Shown: positions 47,430-58,920 of the stretch, in pieces
How positions within the stretch are numbered: position 1 is the stretch's first letter
Layout of the letters: each line of letters begins with the position of its first letter
NCBI GenBank assembly: GCA_943357105.1
Contig: CALRGC010000001.1
Coordinates: 17,045-81,044 of the forward strand
DNA length: 64,000 bases
From: Candidatus Magasanikiibacteriota bacterium
GTDB taxonomy: Bacteria > Patescibacteriota > Patescibacteriia > Magasanikbacterales > GWA2-37-8
Direction: 5' to 3'
Translations under genes and position numbers: made by a program
Notes under the pieces: generated by a model
The model's database searches: none
Seen by the model: the letters and a program-made list of their open reading frames with translations, nothing else
What the model was told of the DNA's origin: nothing

Positions 47430-49268
47430 TTAAACTTCAATAATCACCGGTAAAATCATCGGACGTTTTTCAGTTTTGGTATAGAGAAACTGTCCCACGT
47501 AGTCGCGAATTTTATTGCGAATATTATTGGTATCGGCCCAAGAGAGCGGGTCAGATTCGGTAACAATTTTTTTCACGCGATGACGTAGATCCTCGATCAG
47601 TTCTTTATGCTCTTTGAGGAAGATAAAACCACGAGAAATAATATCTGGATTTTGAACCAATCTTCCACTTTTGGAATCAACGGTAGCGATAATTACCACC
47701 ATACCATCCTCAGCCAATACTTGGCGATCGCGCAAGACGACGTTGGTTTCATCCGATACTCCGAGGCCATCGACAAACACATAGTCAGACGGAATTTTTT
47801 CTTTGGTCAAAGTACCGACACCATTTTGGAATTCCATTACCTGGCCATTGTCAGCAATAAATACATTTTCTTTGGCCATGCCGATAGAGGTGGCGATGCG
47901 GCCGTTATAATGTAATAAGAAGTGGTTGCCGTGAATTGGTACAAAATATTTTGGCGCGACTAAACGCAACATTAATTTTACATCGTCGGCTTTGGCATGA
48001 CCACCAGCATGCACATCCATCATCTGATAATGAATCACTTCGGCGCCACGGCGAAATAGAGTGTCTTTGAGTCTTTGCACCGTGCGTTCGTTGCCCGGAA
48101 TTACCGAAGATGAAAAGACAATCGTGTCACCCGGAATTAATTTGATAAAGCGATGTTCGCCATTGGCGATACGCATCAGGGCGGCATTTTTTTCCCCTTG
48201 AGCGCCGGTACAGATAATCATCGTTTTATTTTTTGGGTAATTATCTAGTTGTTTTAAATCCACGATAGTTTTGGAATTAAATTTCATGTAGCCGAGCTCC
48301 TAGGCGATTTCGATATTATTTTTCATGGAGAAGCCTTCAATGGCCACTACTTTGCCGGCTTTTTCGGCGATTTCGATCATCTGTTTAATGCGCGATAATA
48401 AGGAAGCAAAAGTACCGATGATCAAGCGACCCGGGACTTTTTTGATAATATCTTCTAGATTAGTACCAATTTCTGATTCAGAAATTTGGTGGCCAGGCTG
48501 TGAAGCATTGGTAGAGTCGGAAAGTAAAGCCAGTACGCCTTCGCTACCGATTTTGGCAATCTTTTGCAGATCAGCCGGAGCATCACCAGCTACCGGTTGA
48601 TAGTCAAATTTCCAGTCACCGGTATGAATAATCACACCTTCCGGTGTGCCAACTTTGATACCCATGGAGTCTGGAATATTATGATTGAGATGGAAAAATT
48701 CCACTTCAAAAATACCGAGTTTGAGTTTATTTTCTAAATTAACATTGTGAATAGATAAAGGACGCAGACCCTTGTAGTCTTCTTGGCGTTTTTTGATAAT
48801 GGCGTTGGTCAAAGGCAAGCCGTAAATTGGCGGATAACCCAAAACCGGAATAAGGTGAGGAATTCCGCCGATATGATCGTAGTGACCATGAGTGATAATT
48901 ACCCCGCGGATATTTTTTTCTTTACCTTTAAGGTAGTTCATGTTTGGGATGATGTAATCAATACCAGGCATGTCTTCTTCGGGGAATTGTAAACCCATGT
49001 CGATAATAATAATATCGTCACCGTATTCGAGAATAGTGCAGTTGCGGCCGATTTCTTCCAGACCGCCGACTACCATGACGCGTAATTTTTTTCCAAATGT
49101 AGCTGGAGTCGGAATGGTGGTGCGTACTCTTGGGAAAGAAGGTCCGCGAAAATTTCGCATTGAGTTAAAAGGTTGTGCTCCTTGCGGTTTGGCCGCTGGA
49201 GAATTTGGTGTTCGATTTGGCCGCGCGCTGTTGGCGCTGGCAAACGAACTTCTTGGTTGTGAAATCAT
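47430..49268 (-). pseudogene. rnj: ribonuclease J (MBL/beta-CASP) interrupted by one in-frame TAG codon at 48300-48302
   Basis: ORF 48300-49268 (HGHYDHIGG MBL domain) and ORF 47430-48287 (beta-CASP/C-terminus) are in the same frame, reading ...IEIA-TAG-ELGYMKFNS... Confidence 0.8.
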
Positions 49269-49330
49269 AGATGATTTTTCTTTAAATAAATTAAAAGAAG
49301 ATATTTCCGCTTAAGCGCGGATTTAAATAA

Positions 49331-49414
49331 GTTTGTATTGTGGGCGAGAGAGGACTCGAACCTCCACAGGATTGCTCCCACAGGCTTCTGAGACCTGCGC
49401 GTCTACCAATTCCG
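49331..49414 (-). tRNA. tRNA-Leu (anticodon CAG), long variable arm
   Basis: Acceptor GGGTGAG/CTCGCCC; anticodon loop CTCAGAA; T-loop GGTTCGAGTCC. Confidence 0.8.
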
Positions 49415-49428
49415 CCACTCACCCGAAT

Positions 49429-51387
49429 TTAAAATTTAATTTGTCTGGTAGTTTTGGTGTACCAGTAATTTAGACCGCTCAATCTATCTTGAGGGCTTAC
49501 TAGGTTACCGGTTTCAACCCCTTTGATATCTTTGCTCACCGCCATAATATAGGTAGGTGAATAAAGGAAAATGGCCGGTAATTCAGAGGCTAAAATACCT
49601 TGAAATTTTTGATAAAGTTTCGCGCGGCTGTCGGTGTTTAGTGTCGTGCGGGCAGATTCCAATAATTTATCCGCGTCACGATTGGCAAACTTGGCTAAAT
49701 TTAGACCAGGATAATCGCTCTGGGTAGAATGCCAAAAAGAATATAGATCAGGATCGGCGCCAATCATTTCGCCATAAATCAAAATTTGATAATTTCTTTC
49801 TTTGAGCACATCGCGTACGATCTGGCGGCTATTGACCGAAATAACATTCGTTTGAATTCCTAAAGAGCGCCACATTTGAGCGATTTGTTCGGCCGTTTTT
49901 ATATATTCGGGAGTATCAGCCGTAGTAATGGATAAACGCAAGACATCATTTTTTCCGTTTTGACGGTAGAAACTTTGCCCCGAAGTCATTTCGGCACGAA
50001 TAGTTTGATTGATATTATTCTCATCACTAGCGGAGATTGGCTGAGTGGTTTCGGTAGTTGTTTTTTTACTTTTGCTATCAGCAGTATTGGTTGTCGGTGC
50101 TAAACTTTTGATAATTTGGGCGTAACGAATTTTAAAATATTCTTCCGGCTGAATGCGCGGCCATTTTTTGTCCAGGATAGTATTAGCGGCAGTCAGATCA
50201 AAGGGAATTTTTTTCACATCATCATAATATCCTAGATTACCTGGCAAGATTGGAGCGTCTAGCGCGATACCGTCGCCGTTTAAGGCTTCGTTGATAACGG
50301 TTTTTTTGTCTATTCCTTGAGCCAAAGCTCGGCGTAGGCTATCATCTTTTAGTTCGGTAGTATTTTGGTTAAAAAATAACGCGGTGTATTGTGGTAGTTG
50401 TAATCCAAAGTTATTTAGATTTTTTCCACTCACTTTATCTTTTAGATTGTGTGGTACAAAACTTAATCCTAAAATATTTTGACTGCGTAAAGATGAAAGT
50501 GCGTCATTAAAATTATCAAAAAATTTAAAAGTAACATTATTTAAATACGGTTTTTGTCCATAATAGTTGGTATTAGGAGCAAGTGTGTAGCTCTGTAAAT
50601 TACCACCACTATCTTTGACCATTTTTTCAAATTTCCATGGACCAGATCCGATTGGTTGTAAGTTGAATTTAGCCAAGCGCATATTGGCGGGAGTAATTTC
50701 CGACCAAATATGTTCTGGTAATATGCCCAAAGTAAGACTATCCAAAAAAGGCGCATAAGGAGTCTTAAGGGTAAAACGCACAGTGTTGTCAGAAATTTTG
50801 TCTATCCGCACTCCTTGAAAAGCCACAATTAACGGGCTACCAACTTCAGCATTTTGAAGAGTTTCAAAAGTGAATAAAATGTCATTGACGGTAAGCGGCT
50901 CGCCATCAGACCATTTTAGGTTTGGTTTAAGTTGGATATCATAGGTTTTTTGGTCCGCTCCCACTACAAATTTTTCAGCTAAATCTGGAACCAATTGTTT
51001 TTTGGAGTCATATTTGAGCAGACCGGAATAGATCAGAGAAGAGATGTCCGTATCAATATCATTGGTGGAAGCGAAAATCGGATTGACATATTTGGGAGTG
51101 CCTATAAGACCTTCGGAATATTCGCCGCCATTTTTTGGCGAAAGAATCGAATGTGTGGAAATAAAGTATGTGACCCAACCAATTAAAGTAACGGTCAATA
51201 AGACACTAGCGGCAATCAAAGTTTTCTTTTCGGTAGTACTAAGAAAATTTCCCAAGTATTTAAACTGGGTTAAGTTCGGAAGTTTGTCGGATTTGATTTG
51301 GTTACGAAGTTTTTTATCCAAGTAGTTACTTGGATTGGATTTGGCGCGTTTAAAACGTTCCAAATAGGAAGAAAGTTTCCAACTCAT
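49429..51387 (-). CDS. ABC-transporter substrate-binding protein family 5 (oligopeptide/nickel type), membrane-anchored
   Basis: 652 aa; N-terminal TM; SBP_bac_5-like domain. Confidence 0.75.
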   Translation of the reverse strand: MSWKLSSYLERFKRAKSNPSNYLDKKLRNQIKSDKLPNLTQFKYLGNFLSTTEKKTLIAASVLLTVTLIGWVTYFISTHSILSPKNGGEYSEGLIGTPKYVNPIFASTNDIDTDISSLIYSGLLKYDSKKQLVPDLAEKFVVGADQKTYDIQLKPNLKWSDGEPLTVNDILFTFETLQNAEVGSPLIVAFQGVRIDKISDNTVRFTLKTPYAPFLDSLTLGILPEHIWSEITPANMRLAKFNLQPIGSGPWKFEKMVKDSGGNLQSYTLAPNTNYYGQKPYLNNVTFKFFDNFNDALSSLRSQNILGLSFVPHNLKDKVSGKNLNNFGLQLPQYTALFFNQNTTELKDDSLRRALAQGIDKKTVINEALNGDGIALDAPILPGNLGYYDDVKKIPFDLTAANTILDKKWPRIQPEEYFKIRYAQIIKSLAPTTNTADSKSKKTTTETTQPISASDENNINQTIRAEMTSGQSFYRQNGKNDVLRLSITTADTPEYIKTAEQIAQMWRSLGIQTNVISVNSRQIVRDVLKERNYQILIYGEMIGADPDLYSFWHSTQSDYPGLNLAKFANRDADKLLESARTTLNTDSRAKLYQKFQGILASELPAIFLYSPTYIMAVSKDIKGVETGNLVSPQDRLSGLNYWYTKTTRQIKF

Positions 51388-51409
51388 GAAATATTGTTAA
51401 GCTCCCGGT

Positions 51410-51631
51410 TTATTGGATAACCAGGCGAACCAAAGAAACGATGAAGAAAATAGCGGCGGTGGCAATCGTGATATAGTGCAAAATTTTGTCCAGACCACGT
51501 TTGGTGCTGTAAATATTGCCTGATCCGCCAAAAATACCACTTAGACCACTGCCTTTTTGTTGTAGTAAGACTGTTAAAATTAGCACAATGGCTAAAACCA
51601 ACTGGATGATGTTTAAGATAGTTTCTTTCAT
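51410..51631 (-). CDS. secG: preprotein translocase subunit SecG
   Basis: 73 aa; two TM helices and Gly-rich loop (LLQQKGSGLSGIFGGSG). Confidence 0.75.
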   Translation of the reverse strand: MKETILNIIQLVLAIVLILTVLLQQKGSGLSGIFGGSGNIYSTKRGLDKILHYITIATAAIFFIVSLVRLVIQ

Positions 51632-51760
51632 AAACTGTTTTAAGCCTAAAGAAGACGATTATAGTGGTTATTATTATACCATGATTGATCCAAAGTGTCA
51701 ATGGGAGTATTGATTTATTTTAAATTGTGGTATAATATGACTGCTTAATATAATAATCCT

Positions 51761-52516
51761 ATGGTTTTTAATAATTCACCACTTTCCTTGCGCTGGTATC
51801 AGCGTTTTGGTGGAGTGCTGGGGGTAGCGCTTGGGGTGACCGCTGTTGCCGCAGTTCTTTTTTTTGCTGGTTTTGTTTGGTATTATTACCATCAAATTCA
51901 AAACGGTAATGGTGAAATATTATTACAAAATTTTTATGGCGGATTTACGGCGGCCGATAAGAATTCCAAAATTGGATCATCTGATGTGAATCGCTCTGAA
52001 GTTGAGCTGGTTGGAGCACCATTTATTGGCAGTAATAATCCCAAAGTCACTATAGTTGAATTTGTAGATTTTAAATGTCCAAATTGTAAGGCCGAAGCGC
52101 CAATTTTGCGTCAGGTGATGCAGAAATATGGCGGCAAGGTAAAATTAATTATGCGTAATTTTCCGATAGAATCTACCCATCCCGGCGCCAATCAACTGGC
52201 AGTTTTGGGGCAGTGTGCCTATTACCAAGGCTGGTATTGGCCCCTACACGATTGGCTGTTTAATAATCAAGATAAACTCGGCGATAGTTTTGCTACTAGT
52301 GATATTGATGATTTGAATATATTTTTTTCTTGGGACGCCAAAAAAATGAAAGAATGTTTTAATAGCCAGGAGGCAAAAGTTTTAGTAAATAAAGATTATG
52401 CCGATGCTGGTCGTTTCGGTGTGGCCGGTACGCCAACTTTTTTTATCAACGGTAAAAAAGTGGAGGGTGTTATCCCGTTTGAAGTCTGGGATAATTTTTT
52501 AAGAAACGTTAAATAA
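51761..52516 (+). CDS. DsbA-like thiol:disulfide oxidoreductase, membrane-anchored
   Basis: N-terminal TM; thioredoxin fold with CPNC active site. Confidence 0.75.
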   Translation: MVFNNSPLSLRWYQRFGGVLGVALGVTAVAAVLFFAGFVWYYYHQIQNGNGEILLQNFYGGFTAADKNSKIGSSDVNRSEVELVGAPFIGSNNPKVTIVEFVDFKCPNCKAEAPILRQVMQKYGGKVKLIMRNFPIESTHPGANQLAVLGQCAYYQGWYWPLHDWLFNNQDKLGDSFATSDIDDLNIFFSWDAKKMKECFNSQEAKVLVNKDYADAGRFGVAGTPTFFINGKKVEGVIPFEVWDNFLRNVK

Positions 52517-52520
52517 TTTT

Positions 52521-54086
52521 ATGCGAACAAAAATTTTATTGACGTTAATTGTTTTTTCTTTTTTAGTACCTGTTTTGGTAAAAGCCGCTGGAGTGACTCC
52601 AGAGTTAAATCCGATCTGTTGGCGCGAAAAAGACTGCCAAACGGCCAGATCTAAGTTTAATATTGATCCCAGTAATAGCGGTTGGCTGAAAAATGAAGAT
52701 CCCTGCAATAGTCCGGAATGGGGTAAATGTTTGCCTACCTCTCAAACTAAAACTACTATTTCTTTTGGTGGTAGAAAATCCTTTTCTGATATTGGAGATT
52801 TTATTAAATATAATTATAATCTAGCTTTGAGTATTGCTGGTATCTTGGCGGTAATTATGATGGTAGTGGCCGGAATCCAATGGGTGACATCGGGTGGAAA
52901 CAGCGAGATGATCAGTAGCGCTAAAAAAAGAATTGGTGGTGCGCTCATTGGTTTATTGATTGCCTATTTATCTTATACTATATTGAATACGGTCAATCCG
53001 GCATTGGTAAATTTACGTTTGCCCCAAGTTTATATGATCAGGCCGGTGAATTTGGTGCTGGGTAACAATTGTGTTGATTTGGAAAAACCTTGGAAAGTTG
53101 CGCCAGTGAAAGATGCGACTGAAGTGCCGGCAGAAAATACGTTCATTGATCCGTTTAAAGAGTTTGATTTAAAGGATATCTGTAAAGACGATGTTAGCAA
53201 TGCTAAGGCCTTAAATCCATTTCGAGAAGATTTTACCAAATGTGGGCAGATGTATTTGGTAAAAGATGGTGGTGGCAATACTTGTATGGGTACTAAATGT
53301 GATAAAGAAGAGGTGTGTAATAAGAATAAATGTGAAAAGTTTGTTAGCCCGGGTGGTGGCCAAAACAATGGTATTATGGGAAAAATTTCCTTTAGCGATG
53401 ATAAATATCTCGACGGCCTTCAGCTGTATGCCGCCTGTAAAGATGGTTCTTCAGTAAAAGTTAATCCGGAGATGGGCAAAGGTAATGGATTTTTGTCTTA
53501 TGCCTCTACCAATATAAATTTATCCAACGACTCTGGCACCTATTGTGGTGGTTTTGATAATATCGATGGTTTCTTTTTTGAGATGGAAGTTAATGATTCT
53601 GACACAGCTCCTAGTAAAGACGATGAGTGGATAGGTGGCATATCTTTATGTAAAAATATTTCCGGTGGTGGTAGCTGTGGTGCTTGGGGTGGCAATAGTA
53701 TTGATGCTGAAGAAAAAAGTTTGGCGGTCCTTAGCATGGGACTTAATGGACAGCTTATTCCTGCCGAAAATTTGAAGAACGGTTTTATATGTGATCTGGA
53801 TATCAATCCACAGTCAATGCCCAATATTGGAAATGGAATTTTACAAAGTACTGGGGCTGGTTTAGTTGGTATGGTTTTTTCAGAAAAAGGAGTCAAGTTG
53901 GCTCAGAAAGTTGATTTACTTAAGCAAGAAAATTATATTGCCGGTGTAAATTATAGTTGTGCCGCTTTTGATAAAAGCGCCGGAGCATTTCAAGCAAAAT
54001 TAAAAAAGGTACAGTGTAAATGTTGGGATACTTGGAGTGAAAATGCCAAACAGAAGCATCCTAAAGATGAATTTTGTAGTAATTAA
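52521..54086 (+). CDS. secreted/membrane protein with a VirB2/TrbC-pilin-like hydrophobic hairpin and a large Cys-rich domain
   Basis: Signal peptide; LAVIMMVVAGIQWVTSGGN...GGALIGLLIAYLSY segment; more than 25 Cys residues. Confidence 0.5.
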   Translation: MRTKILLTLIVFSFLVPVLVKAAGVTPELNPICWREKDCQTARSKFNIDPSNSGWLKNEDPCNSPEWGKCLPTSQTKTTISFGGRKSFSDIGDFIKYNYNLALSIAGILAVIMMVVAGIQWVTSGGNSEMISSAKKRIGGALIGLLIAYLSYTILNTVNPALVNLRLPQVYMIRPVNLVLGNNCVDLEKPWKVAPVKDATEVPAENTFIDPFKEFDLKDICKDDVSNAKALNPFREDFTKCGQMYLVKDGGGNTCMGTKCDKEEVCNKNKCEKFVSPGGGQNNGIMGKISFSDDKYLDGLQLYAACKDGSSVKVNPEMGKGNGFLSYASTNINLSNDSGTYCGGFDNIDGFFFEMEVNDSDTAPSKDDEWIGGISLCKNISGGGSCGAWGGNSIDAEEKSLAVLSMGLNGQLIPAENLKNGFICDLDINPQSMPNIGNGILQSTGAGLVGMVFSEKGVKLAQKVDLLKQENYIAGVNYSCAAFDKSAGAFQAKLKKVQCKCWDTWSENAKQKHPKDEFCSN

Positions 54087-54089
54087 TCT

Positions 54090-56930
54090 ATGCCAAAAAT
54101 AAATCATGATCAGCTCATTATAAGAGGTGCTCGGGTCCACAATCTAAAAAATGTCAGTGTCGAAATTCCCAAAAATAAATTAGTGGTGGTGACTGGATTG
54201 TCTGGTTCCGGCAAATCTTCTTTGGCTTTTGACACTATCTATGCCGAAGGTCAGCGCCGTTATGCCGAGTCGCTGTCGGCCTATGCCCGGCAATTTATGG
54301 ATGTGCAGGATAAGCCGGCGGTGGACTCTATTGATGGATTGTCGCCAACTATCGCGATTGATCAAAAAATTTCTACGCAAAATCCGCGCTCGACCGTGGG
54401 TACGACTACCGAGATTTATGATTATTTGCGTTTGTTGTTCGCGCGTGCCGGGACGCAATATTGTCCGGATTGTCATGAAGTCGCTCAGTCCAATACTTTG
54501 GGCGAAATCGTGGAACAAGCCAGAAAATTGGCGCGTACTAGTGCCCCAGTTTTGATTTTATGCCCTCTGGTTCGTCGTGATGTAATTGAATTAAAGTCGG
54601 TGCTCGAAACGGTGGAGCGTTCGGGCTATGATTTGGTGCGGCTGGATGGCAAAACTATGAAGATTCACGATTTGGTGAAATGTCATTTTGAACCCAATGA
54701 AAAACATGATTTGGAGATCGTAATTGGTAAAGTCAGTGATGTCAAAAAGGACGATCTATTTAAAGCCATCAATACAGCCATAGATCTAAGTAACGGTAGC
54801 TGTGTGCTCTCGGCCAAAGGCGACGATCATTTTTTTACCACTTTTGCCTATTGTGCCAAGTGTGGGCGCAAGATGCCGGAATTGGATGTGCGTAGTTTTA
54901 GCTTTAACAGTCCATTTGGCGCATGTCCGCGTTGTACCGGTCTTGGGGTGACGATGGAAGTCGATGCGGAATTGGTGATGCCTAATACCAGGCTATCACT
55001 TTCTGAGGGAGCGATTCAGCCGTGGATGCGCATTACCGGCAATCAGGTTTGGTATACCAAACTCCTCCAAGCGGTGGCGGCTAAGCACGATTTTTCTTTG
55101 CATCTGCCGGTGGCTGATCTGCCCTCTAGAGTACTGGATATGATTTTATATGGTACGGGTAGCGATGTTTATGAAATTGAAAATAAAAAAGTAAGTTTTA
55201 GTGGGGTAGTATCCGATCTGCTCAAACGACACCTGGAAACCAATTCAGAATATGTGCGCAAAGAGATCGAGCAATATATGCGTGAAAAAACTTGTCCGGT
55301 TTGTCAGGGCAAGCGTTTGCGTCAAGAATCGCTCTGGGTAAAAATTAAAGATATAAATATAGCGGATCTGGCGGCTCTGAGTATTGACGAAGATGTGGAG
55401 ATGCTCAAAAAATGTGAAGAGGGTAATAAGAATGACGATGTTAAAGGAAAAATTTTTGAAACTATTATTAAAGAATTAAAACCACGTTTGCGTAATTTGT
55501 CGCAAGTGGGTTTGGGGTATCTGAGTTTGGATAGATCTATGAATACACTTTCGGGTGGTGAAGTGACCCGTGTGCGTTTGGCCACTCAACTTTCTTCTGG
55601 TTTGACCGGCGTGATTTATGTGCTCGATGAACCATCGGTCGGTCTGCATTCGCGTGATAATGAAAAATTAATTTCTACCTTGAAATATTTGCGTGATTTG
55701 GGCAATAGCGTGATTGTGGTAGAGCACGATAGCGCGATGATGGCCGCGGCCGATTATCTCATTGATGTTGGTCCGGGCGCGGGAATTTATGGTGGTAAAA
55801 TTATTGCCGAAGGTACCTATGAACAGATAAAGAAAAATAAAAATTCTCTTACCGGTGCTTATCTGAGTGGTCGGGAATCTATTTATGAAGCTCCAACTAA
55901 ATCCAAAAGTAAAAAAGAGACAACAAATACTAAAAACAATAAAAAAGAAAAATTTTTGTCGGTAGTTGGCGCTTCCGCTTTTAATTTAAAAAATATTACC
56001 GTGGATTTTCCACTCAATAAGACGGTCTGTGTCACCGGTGTTTCCGGTTCCGGTAAATCCACCCTGGTAATTAATATTTTGGCCGCCGCTTTGAGCAAAC
56101 ATTTTTATCGCAGTAAAGAAGAACCTGGATCACATAAAGAGATTAAGGGTTTGGAAAATATCGACAAAGTAATTTCTATCGATCAAGTGGCTATCGGACG
56201 CACCCCGCGCTCCAATCCGGCTACTTATACCGGTATTTTTACTCTGATTCGCGATCTATTTTCAGCTTTGCCCGAAGCCAGAATGCGCGGTTATGATGCC
56301 GGCAAATTTAGTTTTAATGTTAAAGGCGGGGGTCGTTGTGAAGCCTGCGCCGGTGAAGGCTATGTGCGTATTCCAATGCAATTTTTGGCCGATGTTTTTG
56401 TGACTTGTAGTGAATGTGGTGGTACGAGGTACAATCAAGAAGTATTGGAAGTACATTACTTGGATAAAAATATTGCCGAAGTATTGAATATGACGGTGGA
56501 GGAGGCTTATAAATTTTTTAGTGGCGTGCCGACTTTGGCGGAGAAATTAAATATTTTGCGCAATGTTGGTTTGGGGTATCTCGCTTTGGGACAGCCAGCG
56601 ACTACATTGTCCGGCGGTGAAGCTCAGCGTATTAAATTGGCCACCGAATTGGCGCGTGTTTCTACCGGCAATACTTTATATATTTTGGATGAGCCGACTA
56701 CTGGCTTGCATTTTGAAGATATAAAAAGATTGCTCGCGGTATTGAAACAACTTTCCGACAAAGGTAATACTGTGCTCATTATTGAACACAACACCGACGT
56801 GATTAAATCTTGTGACTGGGTAATTGAGCTTGGTCCTGAGGGCGGCAAAGGTGGCGGTGAATTGGTATTTGCCGGTTTGCCAGAAGATCTCAAGAAGAGT
56901 AAGAAAAGTTGGACGGCAAAGTATCTATAA
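54090..56930 (+). CDS. uvrA: excinuclease ABC subunit A
   Basis: 946 aa; two ABC ATPase modules; zinc fingers. Confidence 0.95.
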   Translation: MPKINHDQLIIRGARVHNLKNVSVEIPKNKLVVVTGLSGSGKSSLAFDTIYAEGQRRYAESLSAYARQFMDVQDKPAVDSIDGLSPTIAIDQKISTQNPRSTVGTTTEIYDYLRLLFARAGTQYCPDCHEVAQSNTLGEIVEQARKLARTSAPVLILCPLVRRDVIELKSVLETVERSGYDLVRLDGKTMKIHDLVKCHFEPNEKHDLEIVIGKVSDVKKDDLFKAINTAIDLSNGSCVLSAKGDDHFFTTFAYCAKCGRKMPELDVRSFSFNSPFGACPRCTGLGVTMEVDAELVMPNTRLSLSEGAIQPWMRITGNQVWYTKLLQAVAAKHDFSLHLPVADLPSRVLDMILYGTGSDVYEIENKKVSFSGVVSDLLKRHLETNSEYVRKEIEQYMREKTCPVCQGKRLRQESLWVKIKDINIADLAALSIDEDVEMLKKCEEGNKNDDVKGKIFETIIKELKPRLRNLSQVGLGYLSLDRSMNTLSGGEVTRVRLATQLSSGLTGVIYVLDEPSVGLHSRDNEKLISTLKYLRDLGNSVIVVEHDSAMMAAADYLIDVGPGAGIYGGKIIAEGTYEQIKKNKNSLTGAYLSGRESIYEAPTKSKSKKETTNTKNNKKEKFLSVVGASAFNLKNITVDFPLNKTVCVTGVSGSGKSTLVINILAAALSKHFYRSKEEPGSHKEIKGLENIDKVISIDQVAIGRTPRSNPATYTGIFTLIRDLFSALPEARMRGYDAGKFSFNVKGGGRCEACAGEGYVRIPMQFLADVFVTCSECGGTRYNQEVLEVHYLDKNIAEVLNMTVEEAYKFFSGVPTLAEKLNILRNVGLGYLALGQPATTLSGGEAQRIKLATELARVSTGNTLYILDEPTTGLHFEDIKRLLAVLKQLSDKGNTVLIIEHNTDVIKSCDWVIELGPEGGKGGGELVFAGLPEDLKKSKKSWTAKYL

Positions 56931-56977
56931 TCTATAAAAAGAAAAAGACCACAATTTTGTGGTCTTTTTTATAAATT

Positions 56978-57310
56978 TTATTTTGCTTCCTGTAATTTGC
57001 GTTTGAAATCCGGATTGCGTAAGTAGTTGAGGCGAGCACGGCGCACAGCCATCTGTTTTACTACTTCGATTTTGTCCACTACGGGAGAATAGATTGGGAA
57101 GATTTTTTCCACACCGACACCGTCGGAAACTTTGCGAACGGTAATGGTGGATCCGGCCTCTTTGCCGTGTTTGGCGGCAATTACTGTGCCTTCAAAGATC
57201 TGGATACGCTCTTTTTCTTCACCCTTGGTATTCATTTCTTTAATTTTTTGGTGGACTTTTACCACCATGCCCGGCTTGTAGATAACAGCCGTATTAGTAT
57301 TTTCAGTCAT
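56978..57310 (-). CDS. rplS: 50S ribosomal protein L19
   Basis: L19 family ([12 protein letters not shown]...[15 protein letters not shown]). Confidence 0.9.
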   Translation of the reverse strand: MTENTNTAVIYKPGMVVKVHQKIKEMNTKGEEKERIQIFEGTVIAAKHGKEAGSTITVRKVSDGVGVEKIFPIYSPVVDKIEVVKQMAVRRARLNYLRNPDFKRKLQEAK

Positions 57311-57392
57311 AAGATTATTTTAGCTTTTAACAGTGGGCTTATTTTAGCCGATTTTTTGAATTTTGTCAATATCTGGTCGGTTTAGTCGTTTT

Positions 57393-57953
57393 TTACTGAT
57401 TAGAAGAGATAATTTTGGCTACGTTGTCGATAGTTTCGTCCAAATGGCCGGCTTTATTAACTACTTGAAATTGATATTCTTTGGCTGCCTGGATTTCCTG
57501 TTTGGCCGTTTCAAGGCGTAATTCCAATTCCGCCTCATTGACCCCACCGCGGTTCAAGATACGCTTTTTAAGATCATTCAAATTATCCGGTAATAAAAAA
57601 ATGGATAAATTTTTTATGCCGGCTTGGGCATAATTACGACGTCCCTGCACATCCACATTGGAGAAGACAACATCAAAATTTTGTAATTTGTTTTCCAGTT
57701 CGGATTTTTGCACGCCGTAGTAATTATCTGCGTAAGTAGCGTATTCCATCATTTCACCATTTTTTATCTTGTTTTCAAAATCCGTTTTGTCGGTAAAATA
57801 ATAAGTGATGCCACTTATGTCTTCGGGACGAGGAGAGCGGGTAGTAGTGGTGACTAATTTGGCGGAGCGTGGAATTCTTTTTATCAGTGCGCGAATCACC
57901 GCGTCTTTGCCTCCGCCCGATGGTGAAGAAATTATTACAAACAATCCAGACAT
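57393..57953 (-). CDS. gmk: guanylate kinase
   Basis: P-loop SSPSGGGKD; Gmk family. Confidence 0.9.
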   Translation of the reverse strand: MSGLFVIISSPSGGGKDAVIRALIKRIPRSAKLVTTTTRSPRPEDISGITYYFTDKTDFENKIKNGEMMEYATYADNYYGVQKSELENKLQNFDVVFSNVDVQGRRNYAQAGIKNLSIFLLPDNLNDLKKRILNRGGVNEAELELRLETAKQEIQAAKEYQFQVVNKAGHLDETIDNVAKIISSNQ

Positions 57954-57954
57954 A

Positions 57955-58920
57955 TTATTTCAGGAGCAATAAAAAGTCGGCCAACGGTTTGGGCAGAGCG
58001 GAAATAAATTCTTGCTTTTCACCATTTAAATCCACAAAACCTAATTTAACACAGTGTAAAAATAATCGGCCACAAACTCTATCCCATTTGTCTTTGCGTT
58101 TTTTTTGAAAGTACAAAGGGTCACCAACGACTGGATGATTATAGGCGAGCAGATGGGCGCGAATTTGGTGCATGCGTCCGGTGTGAATTTTTACTTTCAA
58201 AAGAGTAAAATTTATGAAACGTTTTTCGACATCAAATTCAGTAAGCGCTTCTTTACCAAGAGTATTCACGCGTCCGTATTCGGTGGCGGGTAGAGCCGAC
58301 ATTCTTTCGACATTGCGACCGCGTTCAAGTGGAAAATTGATAGAATCAAAATCTTTGCTGGTTTTACCGTGAGCCAATACGAGATATTCTTTTTCCACGG
58401 TGCGATTTTTGAATTGATCTTTGAGATGCTCAAACATTTTTTGTGTTCGCGCTACCACCAATAGACCAGAGGCTTCTTTGTCGAGGCGGTGCACAATGCC
58501 CGGACGTTTTGGATCATCACCGACTTTTTTTAAGGCCGGATATTTTTTGGCCAGCATTGAAGCTAGTGAATCGGTTTCGTTTTTTTCGGTGGAGTGGGTG
58601 AGTAGGCCATAAGGTTTTTCTACTACCAAATAGTCCGGAGTTTCTTTGATAATGTTAATTTTAAATTTTTCTTTTTTTATTTTTTCCTCTTTGACGGTTA
58701 ATTTTTTTTCTGGCGCGGCTTTATTCACAATTACTTTGTCGGTGGCGCGAATCGAGCCGCCGGTTTTGGTAACAATTTTTCCATTTACGGTTACCTGATT
58801 ATTATCAATCAATTTTTTTATTTGCGAGCGGGAAATTTTTAGTTTGGCGGATAAAAAAATATCCAACCGTTGTGATGGTATGGGTTTCTGCTCTTGATTT
58901 TTTTTGGCAATTTTTTTCAT
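57955..58920 (-). CDS. rluD: RluA-family 23S rRNA pseudouridine synthase (RluD-like, S4 domain)
   Basis: S4 RNA-binding N-terminus; catalytic HRLDKEASGLLV. Confidence 0.85.
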   Translation of the reverse strand: MKKIAKKNQEQKPIPSQRLDIFLSAKLKISRSQIKKLIDNNQVTVNGKIVTKTGGSIRATDKVIVNKAAPEKKLTVKEEKIKKEKFKINIIKETPDYLVVEKPYGLLTHSTEKNETDSLASMLAKKYPALKKVGDDPKRPGIVHRLDKEASGLLVVARTQKMFEHLKDQFKNRTVEKEYLVLAHGKTSKDFDSINFPLERGRNVERMSALPATEYGRVNTLGKEALTEFDVEKRFINFTLLKVKIHTGRMHQIRAHLLAYNHPVVGDPLYFQKKRKDKWDRVCGRLFLHCVKLGFVDLNGEKQEFISALPKPLADFLLLLK

